Source: an uncultured Thermococci archaeon
Lineage (GTDB): Archaea; CAYQAE01; CAYVLA01
NCBI GenBank assembly: GCA_964549615.1
Contig: CAZJVP010000051.1
Span: forward strand, 58,740-122,739
DNA length: 64,000 bases
Direction of reading: 5' to 3'
In this document: positions 1 through 10,651 of the stretch, piece after piece
How positions within the stretch are numbered: the stretch's first letter is position 1
How the letters are laid out: the number at the start of each line of letters is the position of its first letter
Made by a program: the position numbers and the translations under genes
The notes under the pieces: generated by a model
Told to the model about the DNA's origin: nothing
What the model saw: only the letters and a program-made list of their open reading frames with translations
Databases searched by the model: none

Positions 1-1338
1 CTGAGCTTCCAGCCCGGCCCGGCCGGCGCAAGAAGCTACCATTATGATCCGAACAACCCTGTCCCCACCGTCGGGGGCGCTAATCTGGTTCTTCCATCAG
101 GTCCGATGGATCAAAGGAAGGTCGAGGAGAGAAGCGACGTGCTCGTCTTCACAAGCGAGCCCCTGGACTACCCCGTGGAGGTAACCGGGAGGGTCTTCGT
201 GGAGCTCTTCGCATCATCATCGTGTCCCGACACCGACTTCATGGCTAAGCTGACCGATGTATATCCCGACGGACGTTCGATGCTCGTGCTTGATGGGGCA
301 ATCCGTGCGCGACACAGAAACTCGATGGAGGCGGAGGATTTCATGGAGCCGGGCAACGTCTACGAATTCAGGATCGATCTATGGTCGACCAGCATCGTGT
401 TCAACAAGGGACACAGGATCAGGGTCGACATAACGTCCAGCAACTACCCCAGGTTCGATCCCAACCCCAACACGGGACATCCCTTCAGGGCCGACGCCGA
501 GACGAGGATTGCCAATAACACCGTCTACTATGGGGAGCTGTACCCTTCGAGGATCGTATTGCCCTTGGCCGGCCCGGACACGGATGGCGATGGCCTCTAC
601 GACATCATGGATCCCTTCCCCCGCCGCGCCGGGCCGATGCCGACGCTGGAGGAAATGCACGGGGAGATGCAATCCCTAGATGGCTTGATCGCCTCGGTCA
701 AGGACCTCAAGCTGCTGCGCATCTTGGAGGAGGGCAGCCGAGTTGCGAAGGCACGCTTGACGGAAGGCGACCTAGTCGCCGCAGGGCACTTGGTGGACAC
801 CCTGGAGGCATGTCTGCCCTACGACCCCTACGAGATCTCGCTCGCGGAGGCGCGCGGGCTTGTGGACGCTGCTCTCGACGAGGCATCTGCGGCTTTGCGC
901 GAGGGCAGGCTCCTAGACACGATCGAATGCGTACGGACGGGTTGGATGCTCGGTACCCTCAGGACCGGACTGGAGGGGGGTCGCGCGGGTCCCCTCCTCC
1001 GCTACCTCTCGGAAGCTCTGGACCTGTTGAGGGCCGGCCGATGCTCCGATGCAGGAAGGCTTGCGGGGTGGACCAATCGAACTGATGTCAGGTCGCTGGC
1101 CGTGAGAATCCAGATCGCCAAGGAGGCAGGGGCCGCCCCATCGGATCTGGCGATGATCGAGTCGATGATGGACTCGGCGAAGGACAGGTTCCTGCTGCGT
1201 CAGTTCGCTGGCTCGGACTCGATGCTCGCGATCATCGATCAGAGGCTTGCAAGCTTGGGATTCCCGGTGGCCGAGAGATGGTCCCTCGCGTGTCTGGTTG
1301 CGGCCCTGCTGACGTATGGAAGGCGCAGGATCGTCTGA
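1..1338 (+). CDS. CocE/NonD-family hydrolase (X-Pro dipeptidyl-peptidase C-terminal domain), 5' end lies upstream of window
   Basis: Frame from nt 1 reads ...YHYDPNNPVPTVGGANLV... then VLVFTSEPLDYPVEVTGRV...DGRSMLVLDGAIRARHRN...RIRVDITSSNYPRFDPNPNTG, typical PepX_C beta-sandwich; extra C-terminal helical extension. Confidence 0.55.
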   Translation: MSFQPGPAGARSYHYDPNNPVPTVGGANLVLPSGPMDQRKVEERSDVLVFTSEPLDYPVEVTGRVFVELFASSSCPDTDFMAKLTDVYPDGRSMLVLDGAIRARHRNSMEAEDFMEPGNVYEFRIDLWSTSIVFNKGHRIRVDITSSNYPRFDPNPNTGHPFRADAETRIANNTVYYGELYPSRIVLPLAGPDTDGDGLYDIMDPFPRRAGPMPTLEEMHGEMQSLDGLIASVKDLKLLRILEEGSRVAKARLTEGDLVAAGHLVDTLEACLPYDPYEISLAEARGLVDAALDEASAALREGRLLDTIECVRTGWMLGTLRTGLEGGRAGPLLRYLSEALDLLRAGRCSDAGRLAGWTNRTDVRSLAVRIQIAKEAGAAPSDLAMIESMMDSAKDRFLLRQFAGSDSMLAIIDQRLASLGFPVAERWSLACLVAALLTYGRRRIV

Positions 1339-1508
1339 CGCCGCCGTCTGGATCCTAGTTGGTGTCAAGAGGGTTGAGCACCGGTACGAAGATCGGGTGA
1401 GGCGGACGCGGCCGCCTCCGCCGAATCACTGTCTCCGGATGGGAGTGAGGAACGCCGGAAAAAGAGTTAAGAGGTTCCACAAGAGACGCACACTGCGGAG
1501 GGGGTAGG

Positions 1509-2756
1509 ATGCGGCCTTGGCAGTTTCCGGGCTGCCTCATACAAGGCTTTGTTGCGCTTGCCTTGCTTGCGCCGGCCTGCCTAGGAGCCGGAAGGCTCAA
1601 CATCTTGGCCATCGGCCAGGTAATGCCCGGCGAATGCTTGGTCCCGATGTGGTTTGACGCCGATCCGCTGGTGAGCTACGTCCTCATACCGACCGATATC
1701 GACGTCATGGGCGGACAGGGCGTCGCGGGACAGCGCGTCATGGAGGATGCATGGCGCAGGTACATAAGGATCTACTTCCCAAAGACCAGGCAAGCTCTTG
1801 TCCAGGGCTTTGAGTTCCTCGTTTTCCCCGACGGATACATCGAGCCCTTCACCGCCGCCCAGAAATCCGACATCAGGTACGCGTTGGAGAACGGCCTCGG
1901 GGCCTTCGTGACGATGGGCGGGGACCTTTCGGGTCCGACATACAAGTCCTATCCAGGTTGGAAGAACTCCGTGCTTTACGAGCTCATGCCCGTCGAGTTG
2001 ACCGACAACATGAGGCAGGATGGATCTGTTTTCACCATCAAGGTGCTCAAGGATGACCCTGCCGTTCTTTCGGCTTTCATTCCCTTCGGCATAGAAAGGG
2101 TACCCGGATCCGGTTTCACCTACCTATATCCCAGGGAAGGCGCCACGACTTGGGCCCGGCTTTTCTCCAGCGGACTTCCCTTAGGGGCGCCAGGCGCCTG
2201 GCTTGTGTCCTGGAGGTGTGGGCCCAATGGCGGGGACTTCTGGACGGTTGCGGATGACCTTGATCATCCGTGGTGGTCGTTCCAGCGAAACCAATACAAT
2301 ATGGACATATTCCTCAACATTCTTCTGTATTCGACCGGCCGCAGGCTCCCCGACGACATCCTCCTGATCCATGACCTGCGGAATCGCTACTGGAAGTACA
2401 ACCAGGAAAAACTCTTGTTGATGTCGCTGCTTGAGTTCGTGGATAGGTTCGGGGGAAACACGCGGTCGATCGAGAACGAGATAGGGGCAGTGGACCAGGA
2501 GAAGGAGACGTCGTTTGACCAGTATAGGCGCCAGGAGTTCAGCGAAGCATTGGACACGATAGACGCAGCCATAAAGAGGATCCTAGAGACGGCAAACAAC
2601 GCAATGAAGCTGAAGGACCGCGCCTTGATGTGGGTATACGTGACGGAGTGGTCTGCCGTTACGGGGACGCTGGCGGTGTCGGGCTTGGTGGTCTACAGCC
2701 TCCTGGTGAAGAGGAGACTGTACAAGGAAGTGAGGGTTACTCGATCGGGAGCCTAG
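1509..2756 (+). CDS. Paralog A of 5-member secreted/C-terminally membrane-anchored protein family (GGDLSGP/GGWESFGG motif; possible class-I glutamine-amidotransferase-like/GldG-like fold)
   Basis: 415 aa; N-terminal hydrophobic signal (LIQGFVALALLAPACLGAG), SD-like GGAGG upstream, C-terminal TM helix + basic tail (LKDRALMWVYVTEWSAVTGTLAVSGLVVYSLLVKRRLYKE); ~70% identical to 16446..17693(-). Confidence 0.6.
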   Translation: MRPWQFPGCLIQGFVALALLAPACLGAGRLNILAIGQVMPGECLVPMWFDADPLVSYVLIPTDIDVMGGQGVAGQRVMEDAWRRYIRIYFPKTRQALVQGFEFLVFPDGYIEPFTAAQKSDIRYALENGLGAFVTMGGDLSGPTYKSYPGWKNSVLYELMPVELTDNMRQDGSVFTIKVLKDDPAVLSAFIPFGIERVPGSGFTYLYPREGATTWARLFSSGLPLGAPGAWLVSWRCGPNGGDFWTVADDLDHPWWSFQRNQYNMDIFLNILLYSTGRRLPDDILLIHDLRNRYWKYNQEKLLLMSLLEFVDRFGGNTRSIENEIGAVDQEKETSFDQYRRQEFSEALDTIDAAIKRILETANNAMKLKDRALMWVYVTEWSAVTGTLAVSGLVVYSLLVKRRLYKEVRVTRSGA

Positions 2757-2789
2757 AAAAGTGGGTCTCGCCTTTTCCCCGTCGGTTGC

Positions 2790-3749
2790 TTAGGCTAGTG
2801 CTATCAATCCCACCCCGAGGGCCATGATCGCCGCCGCGATGAGCTTCAGGTTGGTTCTCTCCTCCCCCAATATCTCGAAGCCGAACAGGACCGCGAACAT
2901 GATCGACGTCGAGCGAAGCGAGATGACGTATGAGACCTCGACCGTTCGCATGGCAAAGAGGACCAAGAGATACGAGAAGATGCACAGGAAGCCCACCGCG
3001 ATGGCTTGCCTCCAAGATTTCGACGCGCCCATCCGCATCCTCGCAAGTCCGTAGCGTCTGAGGAAGAGCGGTGAGAGGAGCAGGCCGCAGACCGTAAACG
3101 TCAGGTAGAGGTAGACCACGGGGTCGACCAGCGAAACGCCGACCTTGTCTATGGTCTGATAGAAGGATATGCAGAGACCCGTCGCGATCGCTGCTGCGGA
3201 TGCGGGGCTTGCCAACCTGGCAGCCGTTTGCCCGAGAGACAGCCCGCCCTTGGCCGGTTGATGGAAGAGATAGATGGATAGCATTGTGAGCAGAATTCCA
3301 GCCCAGCCGATGCTCGAGGGTCGCTCCCCAAGCAGCATGAGCGCCCAGGTCAGCGTGAGGACAGGCGCCAGCCCCCTGGCCAGAGGGTAGGCGTGGGACA
3401 GATCACCCCGGGAGTAGCTCCTTCCAAGGAGCAAGAAGTAGAAGCAGTATACCGAGCCGGTGCCGAGGATGCACATCCATCCCTGCCAGGGGATATCCGT
3501 GCCGGGCGCGGTCAGGAGGAAGAGAGGAGTGTACAGCAGTATCGCAGCCCAGACATACAGAAATGAGAAGAGTGCTTTGTCTTCGGACTTCTTGAAAAGG
3601 AGGTTCCAGTAGGCATGGAGCAGGGCGGAGACCAAGACGAGGGCCACTGGGAATAGGATCGTACGATCACCGGCGGGTGCAGGTACGAGATACCCGGGGA
3701 TATGAATCTCCTGTCGATCCCCATCGAGAACGCTGATATTCCAGAGCAC
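2790..3749 (-). CDS. EamA/DMT-superfamily transporter (10-TM membrane protein)
   Basis: 319 aa, ~10 hydrophobic helices in two repeated halves, typical drug/metabolite transporter size. Confidence 0.45.
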   Translation of the reverse strand: MLWNISVLDGDRQEIHIPGYLVPAPAGDRTILFPVALVLVSALLHAYWNLLFKKSEDKALFSFLYVWAAILLYTPLFLLTAPGTDIPWQGWMCILGTGSVYCFYFLLLGRSYSRGDLSHAYPLARGLAPVLTLTWALMLLGERPSSIGWAGILLTMLSIYLFHQPAKGGLSLGQTAARLASPASAAAIATGLCISFYQTIDKVGVSLVDPVVYLYLTFTVCGLLLSPLFLRRYGLARMRMGASKSWRQAIAVGFLCIFSYLLVLFAMRTVEVSYVISLRSTSIMFAVLFGFEILGEERTNLKLIAAAIMALGVGLIALA

Positions 3750-3852
3750 AATCTCGAGTTGGGATCATGCGGTGGCGGGTTGATTTTGGTCCCAGTGTCA
3801 GGGGCGAGCGCTCACAAAGCTTTTTGAAAATCCGTCTCCAGTTGAGGTTCGC

Positions 3853-5877
3853 ATGTGGCGCGTCGAGGTCGCAGAGAACCCGGACTGGGGGTACGCCAGG
3901 AATCTCCAACTCGTCCTCAAGACGCATCTTGCGGAGTATTCGTCCTCCGTCTTTTCCGTCCCACTCGAGGCAGGCGGCCTGAGGTACTATGGCGGAAACA
4001 GGGACTATTCATGGCAGGGCTTGATCGTCGGTCCGATCGACGGCGTCCTATACAAGACGCTTGACGGGCTGTTCTACTCAACGGGGTCTCAGCTCGCGGC
4101 GAGGCATGTCTGGTACCAGCCCGGCGAGTTCTCGTACGGATATGAAGATCCGGCCGGACAGGCATTCGTGGTCAGGATCGCTTTGGATGACCTGCAGGGA
4201 CGAATCTTTCTGAGGGCTGCGGCAAACAAGCCCTGCTGGTTCGCCGTCCCGCTGGATCTTAGGCCGGCGGAGAGGTGGACCGAGGCCAGCTACGCGGTCC
4301 GTTGGCTCGAAGGGAGCGTCGTGATCCAGAGCGACGCAGCGCCCGTTACGGTCACGATGCGAGGCTTCAGCGCAAGGCAGGACCTGAACATGTCCCTGAA
4401 CTGGAGGTACAAACTCGGCGACGGGTTCAGGGAGATCAGGGACGGGCTCGTGGCCTTTTCTGAGCACCGACGGCCGATCCATCTGCCCTTTGCGCTCTAC
4501 TGCCCAAATGGGCTTCTGGAGGTTCAGGTTGACGCTGAACCGCGCCTGCCGACAAACCTTCCTCGGGCGGAAAGTCGCGCTGCGGTTCGCCTGGGAACCG
4601 GCAGGGTGGCCCAGGCCTTACGGTTGCGCATCGAGAACCTTGGCACCTTCGGAATCCCCGTCGCCGGAACATGGTTTCCCGAGGCCGGAGCCTGGTGGTT
4701 CAGGAAGCCGTGGATCAGGGACGCGATCGAGGGGCTGAGATGGAACATCAGGACCTACGTAGAGATCCTCGGGCGCTCTGGCCCCGTGGGTTCGCTGGTG
4801 CTCGGGCTGCTGGACCTGCTCGAATCCCGCGGGGGGCTTCCCATCATATACGGCGAGGGGGGATGCTTTTCAAGCGATGCGCCGCCGCTCCTTCTGACCG
4901 TTGCTTGTGAACTGGCCCGTCTAGGTCAAAGCCGGAACCTTGCGCTGAGGGCCGTTGACGTGGCGCGACATGTCTGCGAAAATCTTCTTGCTGGCAAATC
5001 CGTCTCAGGTTCGGTCTTGGCAGACTCCGTCATCTGCTGCCCGGCGAGTTCATCTTGGCTCGATTCCGTCATCTCTCTGGGCGGCATTAGATGGCCCACC
5101 AGGATTCCGCGATCTTGGGCCGCAGAGGGCCTTGATCCGCGCTCAAGCGAGTTCGGGTTGGTCGAGGTCAATGCCCTCTACATCGAGTCGCTTGGCAGGG
5201 TGCTCGAGTGCGCGGCGGAGATGGGCCTCGGTGTGTCGGCCGTACTGGAGCAGGTGGCCGGGGAGCTCGTCCACGGGTTCAAAGCCCGTTTCAGGCGGCA
5301 AGACTCCCTCCCCTTCTTGACGATCGTGCCAAGCCATGGGCTCGCCGATCCCACTCCGGGCTCCCCCGCCCTGGTGAGCCTGGCATGCCTGAAGGACTCG
5401 ATCTATACAAGAAACGAGCTGAGCCGACTTTGGAACCAGGCTAGGACCGATCTGTTGGTCGAAAGAACGCCAATGGTTCTGGGAGGTGGAAGGCTTCCGT
5501 TCGGGGTCTTGGTCAGGGCAGGCGAAAGGCGCCCCTACCTCGGTGATGAGGAGTACCACGGCCCCACCGTCTGGCCAAGGGATACGCCCTATCTCATACG
5601 CCTGCTTGAGGCGACGGGGGGAGATGTCAGAGGCATCCTCCTAAACAATCTTGACCACATGATTGCCGAGGGGGCCTTCGGATACTGCAGCGAGCTGTTT
5701 AGCCTGCCGGTGGGGTGCGCGGCGGGTGGGATGTCGGACAATCCGGTTCCTGTGAAGAACCCGGCCCAGTACTGGAGCCATTGGTGCGACCCCTACCTGG
5801 ACCATCTTCGCGATCTTGGGCTTAGGTCGCTAGGTCGGGAAAAAGCTGTTGAGCGGAACGCAGTTCAGGCCGACTAG
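3853..5877 (+). CDS. Amylo-alpha-1,6-glucosidase / glycogen debranching enzyme-like (GDE_C family)
   Basis: 674 aa; motif EYHGPTVWPRDTPYLIRLLEATG matches GDE_C conserved YHNGxVWPWDN region; sits in glycogen gene cluster. Confidence 0.55.
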   Translation: MWRVEVAENPDWGYARNLQLVLKTHLAEYSSSVFSVPLEAGGLRYYGGNRDYSWQGLIVGPIDGVLYKTLDGLFYSTGSQLAARHVWYQPGEFSYGYEDPAGQAFVVRIALDDLQGRIFLRAAANKPCWFAVPLDLRPAERWTEASYAVRWLEGSVVIQSDAAPVTVTMRGFSARQDLNMSLNWRYKLGDGFREIRDGLVAFSEHRRPIHLPFALYCPNGLLEVQVDAEPRLPTNLPRAESRAAVRLGTGRVAQALRLRIENLGTFGIPVAGTWFPEAGAWWFRKPWIRDAIEGLRWNIRTYVEILGRSGPVGSLVLGLLDLLESRGGLPIIYGEGGCFSSDAPPLLLTVACELARLGQSRNLALRAVDVARHVCENLLAGKSVSGSVLADSVICCPASSSWLDSVISLGGIRWPTRIPRSWAAEGLDPRSSEFGLVEVNALYIESLGRVLECAAEMGLGVSAVLEQVAGELVHGFKARFRRQDSLPFLTIVPSHGLADPTPGSPALVSLACLKDSIYTRNELSRLWNQARTDLLVERTPMVLGGGRLPFGVLVRAGERRPYLGDEEYHGPTVWPRDTPYLIRLLEATGGDVRGILLNNLDHMIAEGAFGYCSELFSLPVGCAAGGMSDNPVPVKNPAQYWSHWCDPYLDHLRDLGLRSLGREKAVERNAVQAD

Positions 5878-5886
5878 GAGGCAGGG

Positions 5887-6219
5887 TTACCGCAGGCGGC
5901 TTTTCCGGAGTCTATCAAGCCTTCCGTCGACGGCCTTTCGAAGCATGGCGCGCAGCTCCTCGCCTTTCAGCCCCTTCTCCCTTAGGCGGCCTACCTGCTT
6001 CGCCAGAACATCATCGCCGAGCGATCGTATCCAGTTCTCGAAGTCGCCCCTGTTGACATGGAACTCTATGGAGGCGATATCGATATCCTCGAGGGCCTTG
6101 GCAAAGCTCGGCAGACCCGTCGCAGATCTTCCCGTGTAACGGTCGATGTCGGTGTAGAAGTAGAACGCCTTCTCGCCCGGCACATCCTCAAGCAGCTTCT
6201 CCGTCTTCGATTTGGCCAT
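5887..6219 (-). CDS. Small hypothetical protein (110 aa) embedded in glycogen cluster
   Basis: Clean ORF (MAKSKTEKLLEDVPGEKAFYFYTDIDRYTG...FHVNRGDFENWIRSL...), no family recognised. Confidence 0.4.
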   Translation of the reverse strand: MAKSKTEKLLEDVPGEKAFYFYTDIDRYTGRSATGLPSFAKALEDIDIASIEFHVNRGDFENWIRSLGDDVLAKQVGRLREKGLKGEELRAMLRKAVDGRLDRLRKSRLR

Positions 6220-6436
6220 GTAGGTCCCCCCTGGAACCTCGCACGGTTGGTGATGAACCTGTTTATAATTCTTCCTGCCGCAGGCGCGGAAGCCTCAATT
6301 CTGTCCACGACAAGCAAGCTTGGCTCTGATGACGAAGGAATCGTCGGCATTGAAAAGGCAGGCCATCCCCGGGGGATCATCTATTAGAATGATGCCGGAT
6401 CCTGCGTATTGTGAGATCGCAGGCAGGAGACTGCTG

Positions 6437-7681
6437 ATGAGGATAGCCTTCTTCGCTTGGGAGTACCCCCCGGTCGTGGTCGGCGGGCTGGGGATGTATG
6501 CTGAGAACATGGCCAGGGCTATTGTGGAGCTGGGGCACGACGTCGCGGTGTTTGCCCTCAACAACGGGCAGCTGCCCACGCGGGAGATCATGAGGGGAGT
6601 CGAGGTTCACAGGCCCATCATAACCGATGCGTCCAAGATCTTTCCCCTCCTCTCAGAGGAGCTGAGGGGCTGGGGGGACAATGTGAAGTTCTTCAGCGAC
6701 TTCTTCCAGTACAACCTGCTGTCCGCCTCGAAGTTGGTGAACAGTCTGGCCAAAAAGGAAGGATTCAGGTACGACCTCGTAAGCTTCCACGACTGGCTCA
6801 ACAGCGTTGCCGGGCTGATCACCAAGGACGAGCTGAAACTGCCCGCCGTCTTCCATGCCCATTCCACGGAATGGGGTAGAACCGGGGGCGGGTCCGCCAT
6901 CGTGAACCGGCTTGAATGGGAGGCTGCCACCCGGGCCGATTCGATCATTACGGTGAGCCACGCCATGAAGCGGGACCTCGTCGACCACAGCTGGCCTGAG
7001 GACAAGATACACGTCATTTGGAACGGCATAGACCCCCAGACCTACGATCCCCGTTCATGCGACCCGGCTGATACGCAGTCCTTGAGGGCTGCCTACGGCA
7101 TCGGGGAGGAGGACGAGATGATCCTGTTCGTCGGCCGGCTCACGTGGGTGAAGGGTGCCAAGAACTTGGTGCAGGCGATGCCGCAGGTCCTGAGCCAGCA
7201 TCCTAAAGCCAAGCTTGTCCTGCTCGGAGAGGGGGAGGAGCAAGCCGAGTTGCAGGCCCTGGCCTCGAGGCTGGGCATAGGGGATAGACTGCGGTTCCGC
7301 TTCCAATTCGTGCCCGAGCGTGAAAGGGTCGCCCACTACGCGGCGGCGGATCTGTGCGTTTTCCCGTCGATATACGAGCCATTCGGCATAGTCGGCTTGG
7401 AGGCGATGGCGATGGAGAAGCCGCTGGTCGTCGGCGCAAAGGGCGTCGTCGGACTGAGGGAGCAGGTGGTCCCCTCGGGCCCGGACCAGACGGGCATACA
7501 CGTTGACGGCAACAGCCCCATGGATATCGCATGGGGCATCATGGCGGCGCTGAGCGACAGGGAGAGGGCGAGGAGCTGGGGCAGGAACGGAAGGAGGAGG
7601 GTCCTGCAGCATTTCACCTGGAGAAGGGTTGCGGAGCAGACGATCAGTCGCTACGAAGAAGCGATTCAAGCTCGCGGATGA
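6437..7681 (+). CDS. GT-B glycosyltransferase, glycogen(starch) synthase-like (GT4/GT5)
   Basis: ORF track starts 6320 but MRIAFFAWEYPPVVVGGLGMY (typical glycogen synthase N-terminus) begins at 6437 with AGGAG 8 nt upstream; C-terminal EPFGIVGLEAMA motif of GT-B retaining transferases. Confidence 0.65.
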   Translation: MRIAFFAWEYPPVVVGGLGMYAENMARAIVELGHDVAVFALNNGQLPTREIMRGVEVHRPIITDASKIFPLLSEELRGWGDNVKFFSDFFQYNLLSASKLVNSLAKKEGFRYDLVSFHDWLNSVAGLITKDELKLPAVFHAHSTEWGRTGGGSAIVNRLEWEAATRADSIITVSHAMKRDLVDHSWPEDKIHVIWNGIDPQTYDPRSCDPADTQSLRAAYGIGEEDEMILFVGRLTWVKGAKNLVQAMPQVLSQHPKAKLVLLGEGEEQAELQALASRLGIGDRLRFRFQFVPERERVAHYAAADLCVFPSIYEPFGIVGLEAMAMEKPLVVGAKGVVGLREQVVPSGPDQTGIHVDGNSPMDIAWGIMAALSDRERARSWGRNGRRRVLQHFTWRRVAEQTISRYEEAIQARG

Positions 7682-7729
7682 TCCGCCGGCTGCTTAAGGT
7701 TCGAAGACTTTTCGGGATGTGGTCGGGTC

Positions 7730-9271
7730 ATGCCGGATATCTGTCTCGGGTTCGAGGTCCACCAGCCGTTCAGGATAGATGGAAGCTTCCGTGACGAACT
7801 CGCCAGGGGGAAGAGGCTGGGGAAGCTTCTCGACGTCTATTTTGACAACAGGCTGAACCGCGACGTGCTCAAGAGGGTTGCCGCGAAGTGTTACCTCCCT
7901 GCCAACGAGATCGTCCTAAGGGAGATCGACGAGCTGAAGGATATGGGGCGGGAGTTCAGGGTGGTCTACAGCCTCTCGGGGGTTTTGGTGGAGCAGTTGG
8001 AGCGGTGGGCGCCCGATGCGCTTGCGACCTTCAGGCAGCTCGCAGAGACGGGCCGGGTGGAGTTTCTCGCCCAGACCTACTACCACTCGCTGTCGAGCCT
8101 CTATTCCTCCGAGAGAAGCGAGTTCATCGAGCAGGTGCGGCTTCATGTTGCGCTCATGCGGGATGTGTTCGGCCTGGAGCCAAGGGTGTTCGAGAACACG
8201 GAATTCATCTACAACGACGAGATCGCGAGGGTCGTCCAGGGGATGGGTTTTGCGGGCATGTTCACGGAGGGCCGTCCGAGGATACTTGGGTGGAGGTCGC
8301 CTAACCACGTCTACAGGGCGGGCGGGTGTGGCATAGCCGTTCTGCTCAGGAACCACGTATTGTCCGACGACATAGCATTCAGGTTCTCGGCCCGGGATTG
8401 GCTGGAGTGGCCCCTGACCGCCGACAAGTATGCTTCGTGGCTCTCGGCAACCGCGGGCGAGTGCGTGGTCGTATTCATCGACTACGAGACCTTTGGGGAG
8501 CATCACTGGCCAGAGACCGGGATACTTGAGTTCCTGAGATGGTTGCCGATCGAGGTGGCCAAACAGGGGAACCTCTCCTTCAAGACGGCGTCCGAATTGA
8601 TAGCCTCTCACCAGCCCGTCGGGGAGGTCAGCGTCGCTCCACTGGATACGGTCTCCTGGGCGGATGCCGACGGGACGACGAACGCTTGGTTGGGCAACGA
8701 TATGCAGAGGACATCGTATCATGCTTTGAGGAGGATGGAGCCTTGGGTGAGGAGGACTGGAAACCAGGAGATACTGAGGCTCTGGAGGCTTCTTCAGACC
8801 AGTGACCATCTCTACTATATGTACACCCAGCCGGGAGCATCGGGTCTCGTCCATGGATACTTCAGCTCGCAGCCGCCGGCCAGGGCGTTCAGGGCGTTCA
8901 TGAGGATACTCTCAAGCTTGCAGAAGAGGACGGCCCAGCATCTCGCGGAGCCCTACGCGACTTCCGCCCGACTTCTCCGTGCCGTCCCGCCGGACGTGGC
9001 CTTCCATTTCCACGAGGATGGGAGGTACATCGATCTCTCGGCACATTCTCTGGAGGAGTTCCACGATGCCCTAGCTCTCGCCAGCGACCGCTCGATCCTG
9101 TTTCACAGCAAGTCGAAGGATTTCGAAAGATGGGTCGGCGGCACCATAGGCGATGTCAAGCTTGCGCGGCTCATCCGAAGGATTGCAGGAACAAGCGCAT
9201 CTGAGCTCCGAACCAATCTGAGAGGATGCGTAGAGGGGAGGTTGAACGAGCTAAAGCTAGGGTCCTGCTAG
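7730..9271 (+). CDS. Glycoside hydrolase family 57 protein (alpha-amylase/branching-enzyme type)
   Basis: 513 aa; N-terminal LGFEVHQPFR (GH57 HQP motif), ...FIDYETFGEHHWPE... region. Confidence 0.6.
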   Translation: MPDICLGFEVHQPFRIDGSFRDELARGKRLGKLLDVYFDNRLNRDVLKRVAAKCYLPANEIVLREIDELKDMGREFRVVYSLSGVLVEQLERWAPDALATFRQLAETGRVEFLAQTYYHSLSSLYSSERSEFIEQVRLHVALMRDVFGLEPRVFENTEFIYNDEIARVVQGMGFAGMFTEGRPRILGWRSPNHVYRAGGCGIAVLLRNHVLSDDIAFRFSARDWLEWPLTADKYASWLSATAGECVVVFIDYETFGEHHWPETGILEFLRWLPIEVAKQGNLSFKTASELIASHQPVGEVSVAPLDTVSWADADGTTNAWLGNDMQRTSYHALRRMEPWVRRTGNQEILRLWRLLQTSDHLYYMYTQPGASGLVHGYFSSQPPARAFRAFMRILSSLQKRTAQHLAEPYATSARLLRAVPPDVAFHFHEDGRYIDLSAHSLEEFHDALALASDRSILFHSKSKDFERWVGGTIGDVKLARLIRRIAGTSASELRTNLRGCVEGRLNELKLGSC

Positions 9272-9490
9272 GATCTCGTCTCGTCGCCTTTGCCATTTGC
9301 GTAATGCCGGCAGGAAGGGTGACCAGATATTTTTATGGAAGGCTCACCGTTGGTTCCCAGCTGCGGTTGGGACCGCGGTCGCCGGGAAGCGATTCCTGGG
9401 GATATGTTGTGGGCGGCTCGCGGTCGGAAGGTCACGCTTGGTCCGTGGAGACTGTGATAGGATTGCGCCAAGGGGGTATACGCTTTTAGA

Positions 9491-10651
9491 GTGGCCATGC
9501 TTGCGTGGGAGTCCCTCTATACGGTCCAAGTAGGCGGGCTTGCGGTGGCGGTGAGCAACCTGGCGGAGGAGCTTGCTCGCGCCGGACACGAGGTCCACTA
9601 TTTCACCCGAAGGGCGCCCGGGCAGCCGGGGTACATGGAGATCAATGGCGTCCACTACGAGACCTTCCCATCCGATCCCGGGCTTGGCACTTACGCGTTT
9701 GCACACAGCCTCTCGATGTCGATCGTCGATGGCCTTCACCAGGTCGAGAGACATGTGGGGGAGTTCGACATAGTGCACGGGCACGACTGGCTGATGATCG
9801 ATGCCCTGCACGCCCTGAAGAATGAGGGCCGACCGGTCGTCCTCACCTATCATTCGACCGAGTACGGTCGGAACGGGGGAGCATTCGGCAGCTGGCCGGA
9901 GTTCGCGCAGATCTCGGCGGTAGAGCGACGTGGGGGAGCCATCGCGGACCGGGTGACCACGGTCTCGCGCTGCATGAAGGAGGAGCTGAACTTCCTCTAC
10001 GGGATTTCGCCGGGCAAGATAGACGTCATTCCCAACGGGATAGATCCGCTCAAGTTCAGGCTCAAGCTCGATCCCGGCGCGACGAAGCAGAGGTACGGCC
10101 TACACCCGTTGGCGCCGGTGGTGATGTTCATCGGAAGGCTGGAACATCAGAAAGGGCCGGATATTCTGGTGGAAGCGATTCCCAAGGTCCTTGCGAATAG
10201 ATGGGATGCGAGGTTCATCTTCAGCGGGCGGGGCAGCATGAGGAGCTACCTTGAGCGCAGGGCCGGTGAGCTCGGGGTTGCACACGCCGCGAAATTTCTC
10301 GATTTCCTGCCGCACCGGGACTTCATCGAGCTTCTCAACTCCTCAGATATAGTGTGCCTGCCCAGCAGGAACGAACCTTTCGGGATAGCGCTTCTCGAGG
10401 CATGGGCTGCCGAGAGACCCGTCGTGGCGGCAGACGTTGGGGGTTTCGGCGAGAACATCGAGGACTCCGTGGACGGTATCAAGGTCCTTCCGAACCCAGA
10501 TTCCGTTGCCCGGGGAATCAACTACCTGCTCGATTCGCCCGAGCTCATGCGGAAGATATCCCAGGGCGGTGCCAGGAAGGTCAGGCAGTTCAGCTGGGAG
10601 AAGGCCGTATCCAAGCTGATTGGCACCTATTCCGCGGTCTTGCACGGATAG
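9491..10651 (+). CDS. GT-B glycosyltransferase, archaeal/bacterial glycogen synthase-like
   Basis: MAMLAWESLYTVQVGGLAVAVSNLAEELARAGHEVHYF N-terminus; C-terminal NEPFGIALLEAWA. Confidence 0.65.
   Translation: MAMLAWESLYTVQVGGLAVAVSNLAEELARAGHEVHYFTRRAPGQPGYMEINGVHYETFPSDPGLGTYAFAHSLSMSIVDGLHQVERHVGEFDIVHGHDWLMIDALHALKNEGRPVVLTYHSTEYGRNGGAFGSWPEFAQISAVERRGGAIADRVTTVSRCMKEELNFLYGISPGKIDVIPNGIDPLKFRLKLDPGATKQRYGLHPLAPVVMFIGRLEHQKGPDILVEAIPKVLANRWDARFIFSGRGSMRSYLERRAGELGVAHAAKFLDFLPHRDFIELLNSSDIVCLPSRNEPFGIALLEAWAAERPVVAADVGGFGENIEDSVDGIKVLPNPDSVARGINYLLDSPELMRKISQGGARKVRQFSWEKAVSKLIGTYSAVLHG

Noticed and set aside
7055-7669. 204-aa ORF antisense to the glycosyltransferase gene
   Set aside because: Pro/Arg/Ala-rich low-complexity translation typical of antisense frames in high-GC DNA; the sense strand carries clear GT-B motifs.
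7916-8854. 312-aa ORF antisense to the GH57 gene
   Set aside because: Same GC artefact; no motifs; the sense strand has the GH57 signature.
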